Source: Nitrososphaeraceae archaeon (GTDB taxonomy: Archaea; Thermoproteota; Nitrososphaeria; Nitrososphaerales; Nitrososphaeraceae). Taken from it: DNA of 64,000 bases. Below the pieces are notes generated by a model that was given only the letters and a program-made list of their open reading frames with translations, was not told the origin of the DNA and did no database searches. The stretch covers positions 10,795-74,794 of the forward strand of contig JBIOZG010000015.1 in NCBI GenBank assembly GCA_044870765.1, in the 5' to 3' direction. Of this stretch, positions 1-8,404 are shown piece by piece. A program made the translations under genes and the position numbers. Each line of letters begins with the position of its first letter. Position 1 is the first letter of the stretch.

Positions 1-387
1 AACTCAAATAATACTACAGATTAGAATTTCTAAGCAGATGAGTTGCCCTTCCTGCCATGACTAGGATTCACCTCATTATCTCAATTGTGATGGTGTTGCT
101 AATTGATAAACTTGAACTCATCTCTAACCTATTGCAAAGCTGGTTAAGGATAACAGGGTTTTCAATAAGCAAACCTGTTGTAATTGTCGTTTTTATCGAT
201 TCTAATCGCCTGAAAGTTACTCTATTTTAGACTTTACATGATTAAATTCCCATCTGGTTAACATGAAAGAATAATGTTCTATTCCTACGTTCAGATCTAA
301 CCTAGTAAAGAGGACCCTCTACTTTTTTTAGCACTTCTTACTCAATCCACTTATACTTTGCTTAGTATCATTTTGTGATAACAAGGC

Positions 388-720
388 TTGAACACAAAAA
401 ACGTGTTAATGTTCGCAGCTCTGTCTATAGGAATATTGACAGCGCTAACAGGAACAGAGTTGTCACAGGTATCACCAGCATTTGCTGACAAGGAAGAGTG
501 CGAAGACAATGATGACGACAACTGTAACGTGAGGACTCACAAGATAATACAGCAGAATAACTGTAAGGCAGTGAATGAATATAAGCACATAGACACCATG
601 GGCAGCCCAGTCAACAACAACCAATTTGAATGCACCAACACCCTTATAGCTCCGGCTAACGGCGATGACGATGAATTCGGAGAGAGTGCATTAGATGAGA
701 TATTCGGATCTATATCTTAG
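388..720 (+). CDS. small secreted acidic protein with four cysteines, unknown function
   Basis: N-terminal hydrophobic signal ending PAFA; D/E/N-rich mature part with 4 Cys; followed by a T-rich tract. Confidence 0.7.
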   Translation: MNTKNVLMFAALSIGILTALTGTELSQVSPAFADKEECEDNDDDNCNVRTHKIIQQNNCKAVNEYKHIDTMGSPVNNNQFECTNTLIAPANGDDDEFGESALDEIFGSIS

Positions 721-729
721 CCTACAGAA

Positions 730-771
730 GTAACAGGTAACAATATCGTTACTTTACAACACTTTTTCTTT
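730..771 (+). terminator. possible terminator: short GTAAC/GTTAC hairpin plus T-tract
   Basis: gtaac-aatatc-gttac then actttttcttt just after the stop at 720. Confidence 0.3.
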
Positions 772-1161
772 AGTTGATGATAGATAGATTCATGAGTAAT
801 TAATTTCAGGTCAATTATTTTTCGTGAGTCCAACCGGGTTAACTTTTTTATGGTTTGTTGTCTATAGCCTTACAAGTGTCGACAAGAGACAAGAACACGC
901 GCATGGCTGGTGGGCCTTTTACAAATTGGCCCATCAGTTTTAGGTGATTCCAACAAATAATTTGAATTTTTTTTAAAATGCTGTGAATAATTGGATAAGT
1001 GCAGAGTTCATAAAACTGAAATCAGCTAATTATGCAACTATTCGATATTCAATAAGGGTTAGATTTTCTAATTGCCTCATAGAAAATTTTGATTTTATCA
1101 ATACTTCTGTAACTTTGATTAAATTGATCTAAAGAAAGACTAATTAGGACCAAAGTATATC

Positions 1162-2043
1162 TTGAGTAAGGATATCTGTTTTTTGAGAATCCCAAATAAA
1201 GATAATGATGGCTTTGCTAAAGTATTAAATGCTCACTTTGTTAATATCGAAAATGCTTATTTGTGCAGCATGAAACCAATTCTGACTACAACAGAGATTA
1301 ACGTGATGCTTCAGGATGGTTCTGTTACAAAGTCTTCCACTTTTGACCCACAATCCATAATTCAGTTTTACCGTTCCTTTCTTAAAGATCTACGAAACTG
1401 GGAGGTTGGCGATATTCAAGAAACAACAGGCGAACTAAATCGCATTTATTGTCAGATTTCAGCCAATCTCGATAATTATACTATCAAAGGATTTTTTGGG
1501 ATACAATTCAATATTTTACCATACTATAAAGCAGATAAACAAGTTATACAGATACAAAAAGAACTACTTGATCTTTCGACAGAGAATTCTACGTTATTAG
1601 AATCAGTAGCAAATATTGGTAACCAGACTATAAAACAAGAATTAAAGAACATGTCGCTTGATGATTTAGAATTTGGAGATTTGTTTGAAAGGTTACTTGA
1701 AAATCAAGAATTAATTGGGAATCTGGAAGAAAAAATGAAGAACATTGAAAGAAAGTATCCACAGCTGGAAGGAGCTGAGAAAAAAAGAAATTCATTGATT
1801 TACGAATTGAATGACTTGATCATAAAGGTTTACCAGGTATCTCCTATCTTGATTGATTATAATAGACTTATGCAGGGTGAAGAAGGTATCATAGTATACT
1901 TTGATATTGAACCAAAGGCTGATCCCAAAGGGAAAAACTCTAGTAAATTGGTAAATCTTGCAAGGATGAAAGCTCCCACAAAGAAAGAGATTTCTGACCT
2001 TTTTAAAGAAATTAGCTCATTATTGAGTAAGAAGCGCTTATAA
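1162..2043 (+). CDS. hypothetical protein with central coiled coil (true start may be later, e.g. ATG 1270)
   Basis: long ORF; heptad-like E/L/K-rich middle; no recognisable catalytic motif. Confidence 0.7.
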   Translation: MSKDICFLRIPNKDNDGFAKVLNAHFVNIENAYLCSMKPILTTTEINVMLQDGSVTKSSTFDPQSIIQFYRSFLKDLRNWEVGDIQETTGELNRIYCQISANLDNYTIKGFFGIQFNILPYYKADKQVIQIQKELLDLSTENSTLLESVANIGNQTIKQELKNMSLDDLEFGDLFERLLENQELIGNLEEKMKNIERKYPQLEGAEKKRNSLIYELNDLIIKVYQVSPILIDYNRLMQGEEGIIVYFDIEPKADPKGKNSSKLVNLARMKAPTKKEISDLFKEISSLLSKKRL

Positions 2044-2110
2044 CTATAACAGCTCCTACTATAGCAATAAAAACAAAATTCATAATATTGGACAAATAAG
2101 GGTTATTTGG

Positions 2111-3358
2111 TTGAACGCGCCTAGCAAGATGTACGTTAAAAACAAGATTCCGTCAGTAGAGGACATTTTTAGAGCACAAAAATTAATGGACAAGGCAGCA
2201 GTGAGAAAGACGCCATTATCAAAATCAAATACATTTTCAACAATCGCAAGAACAAATATCTTCCTAAAATTTGAATCATTTCAGCGGACGGGTTCCTTCA
2301 AGGTGAGGGGAGCATACGCAAAAATCAATTCCCTGACAGACGAGCAATACAAATCGGGAATTATTGCTGCTTCAGCGGGTAATCATGCCCAAGGTGTTGC
2401 CTATGCTGCTCAGAGGAGAAATATCAAATGTAACATAGTAATGCCAAAAAATGCTTCTCCTGCAAAGGTTGCTGCCACTCGTTCTTATGGCGCAAATGTA
2501 ATTCTTTCGGGAGATACATATGACGAATCATGGAAAACAGCTGATTCTTTGTCAAGGGAGTATGGATATTCAATTATCCATGCATTCGATGATCCAATAG
2601 TCATATCAGGTCAAGGTACCATTGGTCTGGAACTTATGGAAGACTTGAAGGAGATTGACAAGATCTATTTACCGGTTGGCGGTGGTGGACTTGCCTCGGG
2701 GGTATCTTTAGCTTTAAAGGCTAGAAGACCTAATGTCAAGATTATTGGGGTTGAGTCCAAGCAGTTTCCAGCTATGAAAAAATCAATTGATCATGGAAGT
2801 CTATGTCATATTAAAGGTGGATTTTCTATCGCTGATGGTATTTCTGTCAAATCTCCTGGAGAGCTTACTTTTGAAATATGTTCAAAATATTTGGACGACA
2901 TCGTTACTATAGATGACGTTGCTATTGTAGAGACTATGTTTATGCTTATGGAAAGGGAAAAGGTTGTAGTTGAACCCGCTGGCGCAGCGAGTCTGGCATA
3001 CATCCTTTCGAATAGTAAAGTGAGAAAAAATCAAAACATTATTTCTATCCTTTCAGGAGGTAATATTGACATGTATCTTTTAGGACAAATAGTATCAAAG
3101 GGATTAATGCAGATGGGAAGGTTGGTTAAAATCTTTATTCAATTACCCGACAAACCAGGAGCTCTAAAAAATGTCGTGGACAAAATAGCCGAACTCAGTG
3201 TTAATATAGTTCAGGTTGAACATGATCGCCTAAGTTCCAACGTTGCGGCCGGCTCTGCTGGAGTTTATCTTAGCTTAGAGTTAGAGAATGAAAAACATTC
3301 AAGGAAACTTTTAGATTTCCTGAAGCAGGAAAAAATGGTTTTTAAGATTGTGTCTTAG
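2111..3358 (+). CDS. ilvA: threonine ammonia-lyase with C-terminal ACT domain
   Basis: PLP motif FQRTGSFKVRGA, SAGNHAQG, PVGGGGL, LSGGNID; ACT motif LPDKPGAL. Confidence 0.95.
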   Translation: MNAPSKMYVKNKIPSVEDIFRAQKLMDKAAVRKTPLSKSNTFSTIARTNIFLKFESFQRTGSFKVRGAYAKINSLTDEQYKSGIIAASAGNHAQGVAYAAQRRNIKCNIVMPKNASPAKVAATRSYGANVILSGDTYDESWKTADSLSREYGYSIIHAFDDPIVISGQGTIGLELMEDLKEIDKIYLPVGGGGLASGVSLALKARRPNVKIIGVESKQFPAMKKSIDHGSLCHIKGGFSIADGISVKSPGELTFEICSKYLDDIVTIDDVAIVETMFMLMEREKVVVEPAGAASLAYILSNSKVRKNQNIISILSGGNIDMYLLGQIVSKGLMQMGRLVKIFIQLPDKPGALKNVVDKIAELSVNIVQVEHDRLSSNVAAGSAGVYLSLELENEKHSRKLLDFLKQEKMVFKIVS

Positions 3359-4779
3359 CTACAGTAGCAATATTCTCTGAAACCGGCTTTATCTGCCGTA
3401 GAACCGCCAATCTTGACCAGAACAAATTCGTTCTTGGCCCTAGCATAAGAATCATTTAAATTTCGCTGATTTTCACGCAAAATTTGATACTCATCCATAG
3501 ATAATTTCTTGCGTAAACCAATTTCGTCTTCGAGATTCATGTCCTTTACTATTTCCTTATAACCTGCTTGAATAACTCCGCTAAATACCATAGCACTGCT
3601 GCCACTTCCATATGACGCAAATCCTATTCTATAACCTTCGATATCGCGATTTTTCTTGTACTCGTATTCTAGTAAACTTCTTAATCCCATATACATAGAC
3701 GCTGTATACAAATTACCTATACTGTTAGAAGCTTCAAGCGAGCTTGACATCTTTTTCTCGTATACTTCGTTGTAAAAGGAAGTTTGCATGAATGCTTTTC
3801 TAAATTGCTCATCAGCCTTCATGAACTCTTTATCTGCTAAAATGGATTCTATAGTTCCTCGACTATCATTTAATATCGGTTCATGAAATCCTATCTCTTT
3901 AATAACATGCTGCCATCGTGGAAGTGTTCTCCATTCATGTCTCAGTAAATATGCAAGTGCCTTTTCTCCCATTCTTCTATATGGTAAATGCACTGTAAAC
4001 AAATCAATGTAATCGGTTATGGATTCGCCATCCTTAAGATGAATCAATCCTGTTCTCATTGCCTTTTCTTTATAACTATCAAATGCCTTTCTAACCTGTA
4101 TTAAATATAGTAAATTGGAGTATAGTCCATTTACAAGTGGAGTTTCCTTCCCAAACGGTCTATAGAAATCATACTCATTCTTGATTATGGTTGAAGTGAC
4201 TTTTGGATCTAGGGCAAGCAATCTGGGTTCCTCCTTTATTAAAAGCGCTACTGCTCCTGCTCCTTGTGTATATTCTCCAGCCGATCCTACGTCGTATTTG
4301 GCTATGTCGCTCACAACAACAATGGCGGCTTTGTCATTGTTCTCTTCTGCTCTAATCCAATTGGTATTGTCGTAAATTGCGTAAGATCCACTGACGCATG
4401 CAAATTTACATTCTATTCCTCCGGCATGCTCAAATGAACCATCACCGTACACCTGTTCCAGCATACCTACAACAAATGAGTTTAATGCCTTTGATTCGTC
4501 AAGACTTGATTCTGTTGCTACATACAACCTGCCAATATCGTTAGGATGTAAGTTATTCTTCTTCATCAGCTCAAGACATGCGTTAGATGCCATACATGCT
4601 GAATCCTGATTTGTATCTACCAGAGCCATTTTTTTTATGCCAATACCATGTTCTAATTTTTGGGGATCAATTCCTCTTGCCTGAGCAAAATCTTTGTAGT
4701 CGATATACAATTTTGGAACGTATATAGCAAGGTCGTCAATGCCAGCTGGCATATTAACACTTTTTCTCACTCTGGACAT
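3355..4779 (-). CDS. hydroxymethylglutaryl-CoA synthase
   Basis: GIDDLAIYVP, VATES, catalytic ECKFAC, GEYTQGAGAVA, GNLYTASMY, SYGSGS. Confidence 0.93.
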   Translation of the reverse strand: MSRVRKSVNMPAGIDDLAIYVPKLYIDYKDFAQARGIDPQKLEHGIGIKKMALVDTNQDSACMASNACLELMKKNNLHPNDIGRLYVATESSLDESKALNSFVVGMLEQVYGDGSFEHAGGIECKFACVSGSYAIYDNTNWIRAEENNDKAAIVVVSDIAKYDVGSAGEYTQGAGAVALLIKEEPRLLALDPKVTSTIIKNEYDFYRPFGKETPLVNGLYSNLLYLIQVRKAFDSYKEKAMRTGLIHLKDGESITDYIDLFTVHLPYRRMGEKALAYLLRHEWRTLPRWQHVIKEIGFHEPILNDSRGTIESILADKEFMKADEQFRKAFMQTSFYNEVYEKKMSSSLEASNSIGNLYTASMYMGLRSLLEYEYKKNRDIEGYRIGFASYGSGSSAMVFSGVIQAGYKEIVKDMNLEDEIGLRKKLSMDEYQILRENQRNLNDSYARAKNEFVLVKIGGSTADKAGFREYCYCS

Positions 4780-5010
4780 TTAAAGGTACTTGTTGATTTT
4801 CGAGCCTGATTAAAAGAAAATCGTTAAAAAATTGGCATCTTTCTAAGAAAATACATCATTTATGTCAGACAATTAATACGATTGTTCCAAGTACTGATGG
4901 CTTTTTCAATATACTCAAGAAGACAATTTAAGACTAAACAGCAGAGATTTCAGAAAATAATTCTAATCTTTGTATCCAGAGAGTACATTTTTACTCACTA
5001 CCTTTCATAC

Positions 5011-6132
5011 CTAATGGACACGTATGGTTTCGTAGAAATTATTACGTTCATGCGCAAGGAAACCAATCTGCTTAATTGCTGCAACTATCTTGTCTGAAGT
5101 TAATTCTGTGGATCTAGCGCCGGTCGCACTTACTACTTCCTCACCGATTAAAGTGCCTCCAAAGTCATCAGCGCCATAGGTTAATGCAAGTTGAGCCATT
5201 CCAATACCATTTGTAAGCCATGAAGATTGGAGATGATCGATAAGTCCTGAAAAGATTATTCTCGAAATTGCAATCGTTTTTAGTAATTCTAAACCTCCAG
5301 AGGAATATTTTATAATGCCATCTGCTTGCATCTTCGTATTATTTGGCTCAAAGCTCCATGGAATAAATGACATAAATCCACGAGTCTTTTCTTGCAAATC
5401 AGCGATCTTCATCAAATGTCTTGCGCGTTGTTCAATATCCTCCCCTGTACCGTACATCATTGTAGCCGAAGATTTTATACCCAAATCGTGGGCTTGTTTC
5501 ATAATATTTAACCACTCATTACTTTTTATTTTCAGTGGGCTTATTTTCGACTTTACAATATCATCCAGAATTTCCGCACCAGCACCTGGCAATGAGTCCA
5601 AACCTGCTTTTTGCAATCTAGACAGTACTTCTTTAGTGCTGCTCCTTTCGACCTTGGAAATGGTATCAATTTCAGAAGCTGAAAGTCCATGAATGGCGAC
5701 ATCAGGGCACTTTTCCTTAATTGTTCTGAACGCTACTTCATAATACTCAATCTTGAGATCTGGGTTATGACCTCCTTGCATCAAAACCTGACTTATTCCG
5801 AATTGATCTCTAGCCGTAACAACTCTTTTTACAACATCTTCTACAGATAACGTATATCCTTCTGAATCACCAGGCGCTCTGTAAAACGCACAAAATTTGC
5901 AATAAGTTATGCATACATTAGTATAATTTAGAATGATGTTATTAACAAATGTTGCAACTTTACCAAATAATTTTTCTCTTAATATATTTCCTATAATGCC
6001 CAAGGCGTAGGGGTTGTCTGATTTTAACAAGCGGATGCAGTCATTCAAATCCAATCTATTTCCGTGCAGCACTTGATCTAGAATATCACTAACATCAGAT
6101 TTCTGGATCAATTCCTGTGCAAATAAACTCAT
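5011..6132 (-). CDS. mqnC: cyclic dehypoxanthine futalosine synthase (radical SAM)
   Basis: YTNVCITYCKFCAFYR (CxxxCxxC), LMQGGHNP, PGAGAEIL, FIPWSF, QSSW; clustered with mqnE and mqnD. Confidence 0.85.
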   Translation of the reverse strand: MSLFAQELIQKSDVSDILDQVLHGNRLDLNDCIRLLKSDNPYALGIIGNILREKLFGKVATFVNNIILNYTNVCITYCKFCAFYRAPGDSEGYTLSVEDVVKRVVTARDQFGISQVLMQGGHNPDLKIEYYEVAFRTIKEKCPDVAIHGLSASEIDTISKVERSSTKEVLSRLQKAGLDSLPGAGAEILDDIVKSKISPLKIKSNEWLNIMKQAHDLGIKSSATMMYGTGEDIEQRARHLMKIADLQEKTRGFMSFIPWSFEPNNTKMQADGIIKYSSGGLELLKTIAISRIIFSGLIDHLQSSWLTNGIGMAQLALTYGADDFGGTLIGEEVVSATGARSTELTSDKIVAAIKQIGFLAHERNNFYETIRVH

Positions 6133-6146
6133 GAGCTATATCTTTC

Positions 6147-7325
6147 ATGACGATTGTCAAGGATATTTATTCTTTACAAACATTGTTAAAAAGCGAAGAT
6201 TTTATAGTCGTTGTGGACCACCAACTAAACAATTTGTTACAGAGTATTTCAGGCAGTTCAAATGCTGTAGAAAAGGTCATCCATGGAGAAGAATTATCAT
6301 TCAACGATGGTTTGGAATTACTCAATAGCGAAAATGTCTTCGTCTTGGGCGCCGCTGCAAATTTGGTAAAAAAAAAACTAAGTGGTAACGTCATAACTTT
6401 TGTTGCTTCATATTACCTGAATTATACTAATGTATGTGCGGCAAGTTGCCCGCTTTGTGCGTTTTATAGAAAAGGAGACGAACCTGATTCGTATACACTG
6501 ACAATCGAACAGATACTATCAAGAGCAAGAATAGCAATAAACGATATGAAGGCCACAGAGCTTCATATAGTCGGTGGGTTCCATCCAAAATTAGGACTTG
6601 ATTATTATGAAAAAATGATAAGGGAAATTAAGAAAGAATTTCCATCAATAACAGTAAAAGCGCTTACACCCGCGGAAATTCATTTCATTTCTCATGTAAC
6701 CAAGAATTCTGTAAAAGAAGTACTTTCTAGATTAAAGGCAGCTGGATTGGATGCTCTACCTGGTGGAGGAGCAGAAATATTCAGTAAAGAGATAAGAGAC
6801 ACAATCGTACGGGGCAAGTGTTCTGGCGATGAATGGCTCAAGACAGCTGAAATCGCACATGAAATGGGAATAAAATCAAATTGTACTATGCTCTTTGGCC
6901 ATGTTGAGGAACCCAAGCACATCATTGATCATCTAATTAAGGTTCGACAATTACAAAGAAAAACGGGAGGTTTTATCACTTTTATCCCATTGAAGTTTAG
7001 CCTTGATAACACAGAACTTGAACAAAAGGGATTAATTGACAAGGAAAGTTCATCACTATATGACTTGAAAGTAATTGCTCTATCAAGGCTCATGCTGGCT
7101 ACTGCTATGAAAAATATTTCTGTATATTGGGTTGCACTTGGAAAAAAATTAGCTCAGGTCGCACTATCATATGGAGGGAACGATCTAGTTGGTACTGCTT
7201 TTTCAGAAGAGATCTTCAAGGCCGCAGGCAAATCCACGGGAACATCGATTCAAGAATTAGCATCTTTGATTAAAGACGCAAAATATGTTCCCCTACAAAG
7301 AGATACGTTTTTCAATATTCTATAG
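6147..7325 (+). CDS. mqnE: aminofutalosine synthase (radical SAM); probable true start GTG 6213
   Basis: YTNVCAASCPLCAFYR, LHIVGGFHP, PGGGAEIF, FIPLKF, YWVALG; adjacent to mqnD. Confidence 0.82.
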   Translation: MTIVKDIYSLQTLLKSEDFIVVVDHQLNNLLQSISGSSNAVEKVIHGEELSFNDGLELLNSENVFVLGAAANLVKKKLSGNVITFVASYYLNYTNVCAASCPLCAFYRKGDEPDSYTLTIEQILSRARIAINDMKATELHIVGGFHPKLGLDYYEKMIREIKKEFPSITVKALTPAEIHFISHVTKNSVKEVLSRLKAAGLDALPGGGAEIFSKEIRDTIVRGKCSGDEWLKTAEIAHEMGIKSNCTMLFGHVEEPKHIIDHLIKVRQLQRKTGGFITFIPLKFSLDNTELEQKGLIDKESSSLYDLKVIALSRLMLATAMKNISVYWVALGKKLAQVALSYGGNDLVGTAFSEEIFKAAGKSTGTSIQELASLIKDAKYVPLQRDTFFNIL

Positions 7326-7351
7326 CATATGCATTTGATTAAAAGTCATCA

Positions 7352-8206
7352 TCAGTATTTTTGGATTTTCTGACTGTTACTATCTGCAAAGAGAATTTCA
7401 TCATATGAAATAATATTATTACTCTTGGCTTTTTGAAGCAGTGTTAGTATAGAGTTCTTACCCTCCTCTCCCATGCTGATAGTAAGATCGTTTACGTACA
7501 TCTTGACAAACTTTTCGATCAGTGATTTAGAATTACCCCTTCCAAATCGCATTGCATAGTCTAATGCCTCATCCAAATGTTCAAGTCCATATTTTATTGA
7601 ACTCTTAAATAATTCGTCAAAAGCAATTATTTCTTTAGTTGTTAGATTACGATTACTAATAACATTGATCCCTAGAGGAACTGGCATGCCATTAGTTAGG
7701 TGATGCCACCATTGCCCGAGGTCCAGTATTCTATGGAATTCATCTCCAAATGAAATTTGTGCTTCATGAATAACTAGACCTGCGTCTATTACTCCGGACA
7801 AAACATACTTTGGAATTTCACTAAAAATCATTTCCACTCCATCAAATTTTCCAACAGCCAAATTAAGTAGTAGATTTGCCGATGTCATTTTCCCCGGAAT
7901 CCCGATCTTGCAATTGGGCAGATCGCTCAATTCGATATTTTTTTTAGAAATTACCACAGGACCATAATTGATCCCGAAACTTCCGCCGCTACTTAGAATC
8001 ACATAGTTTTTGATGAATGCATATGCGTGAGCCGAAATGGCCGTAATGTCCAATTCATGATCAATCGCACGCTTGTTTAACTTTTCAATGTCTTCAATCA
8101 CATGTTCAATTTGAAAATAAGGTGAATCAACGTTGCCTGAGGCAATCCCATAAAACATAAAAGCGTCATCTGCATCAGGCGTATGTCCTAGCGTAACATG
8201 TTTCAT
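7352..8206 (-). CDS. mqnD: 1,4-dihydroxy-6-naphthoate synthase
   Basis: LGHTPDADDAFMFY, DIEKLN, YGPVV, GLVIHE, DLGQWW, PVPLG, MYVN. Confidence 0.9.
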   Translation of the reverse strand: MKHVTLGHTPDADDAFMFYGIASGNVDSPYFQIEHVIEDIEKLNKRAIDHELDITAISAHAYAFIKNYVILSSGGSFGINYGPVVISKKNIELSDLPNCKIGIPGKMTSANLLLNLAVGKFDGVEMIFSEIPKYVLSGVIDAGLVIHEAQISFGDEFHRILDLGQWWHHLTNGMPVPLGINVISNRNLTTKEIIAFDELFKSSIKYGLEHLDEALDYAMRFGRGNSKSLIEKFVKMYVNDLTISMGEEGKNSILTLLQKAKSNNIISYDEILFADSNSQKIQKY

Positions 8207-8404
8207 ATAAAATTGAATATTCCAACGGTATTTTTATTTTACAGTATTAGAGTCTGAAATGCAGCCATTTTCGCGCAAATAAGGAATATGATATTCAAAA
8301 CAACTGTGTTATTATTTTAAGGCGTCTTGATTTTGATTCGATACGTCTCTTAGTAAATTAAGGAAGATTTAATAATGCTGCATAGATTTTTTGTCGTTTA
8401 TAAG

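Noticed and set aside
1-387. Possible gene at the left edge
   Set aside because: The minus-strand frames I read give only short ORFs without a convincing start or motif.
5011-7325. Radical SAM pair as F420 biosynthesis CofG/CofH
   Set aside because: Motifs and the adjacent mqnD fit MqnC and MqnE better.
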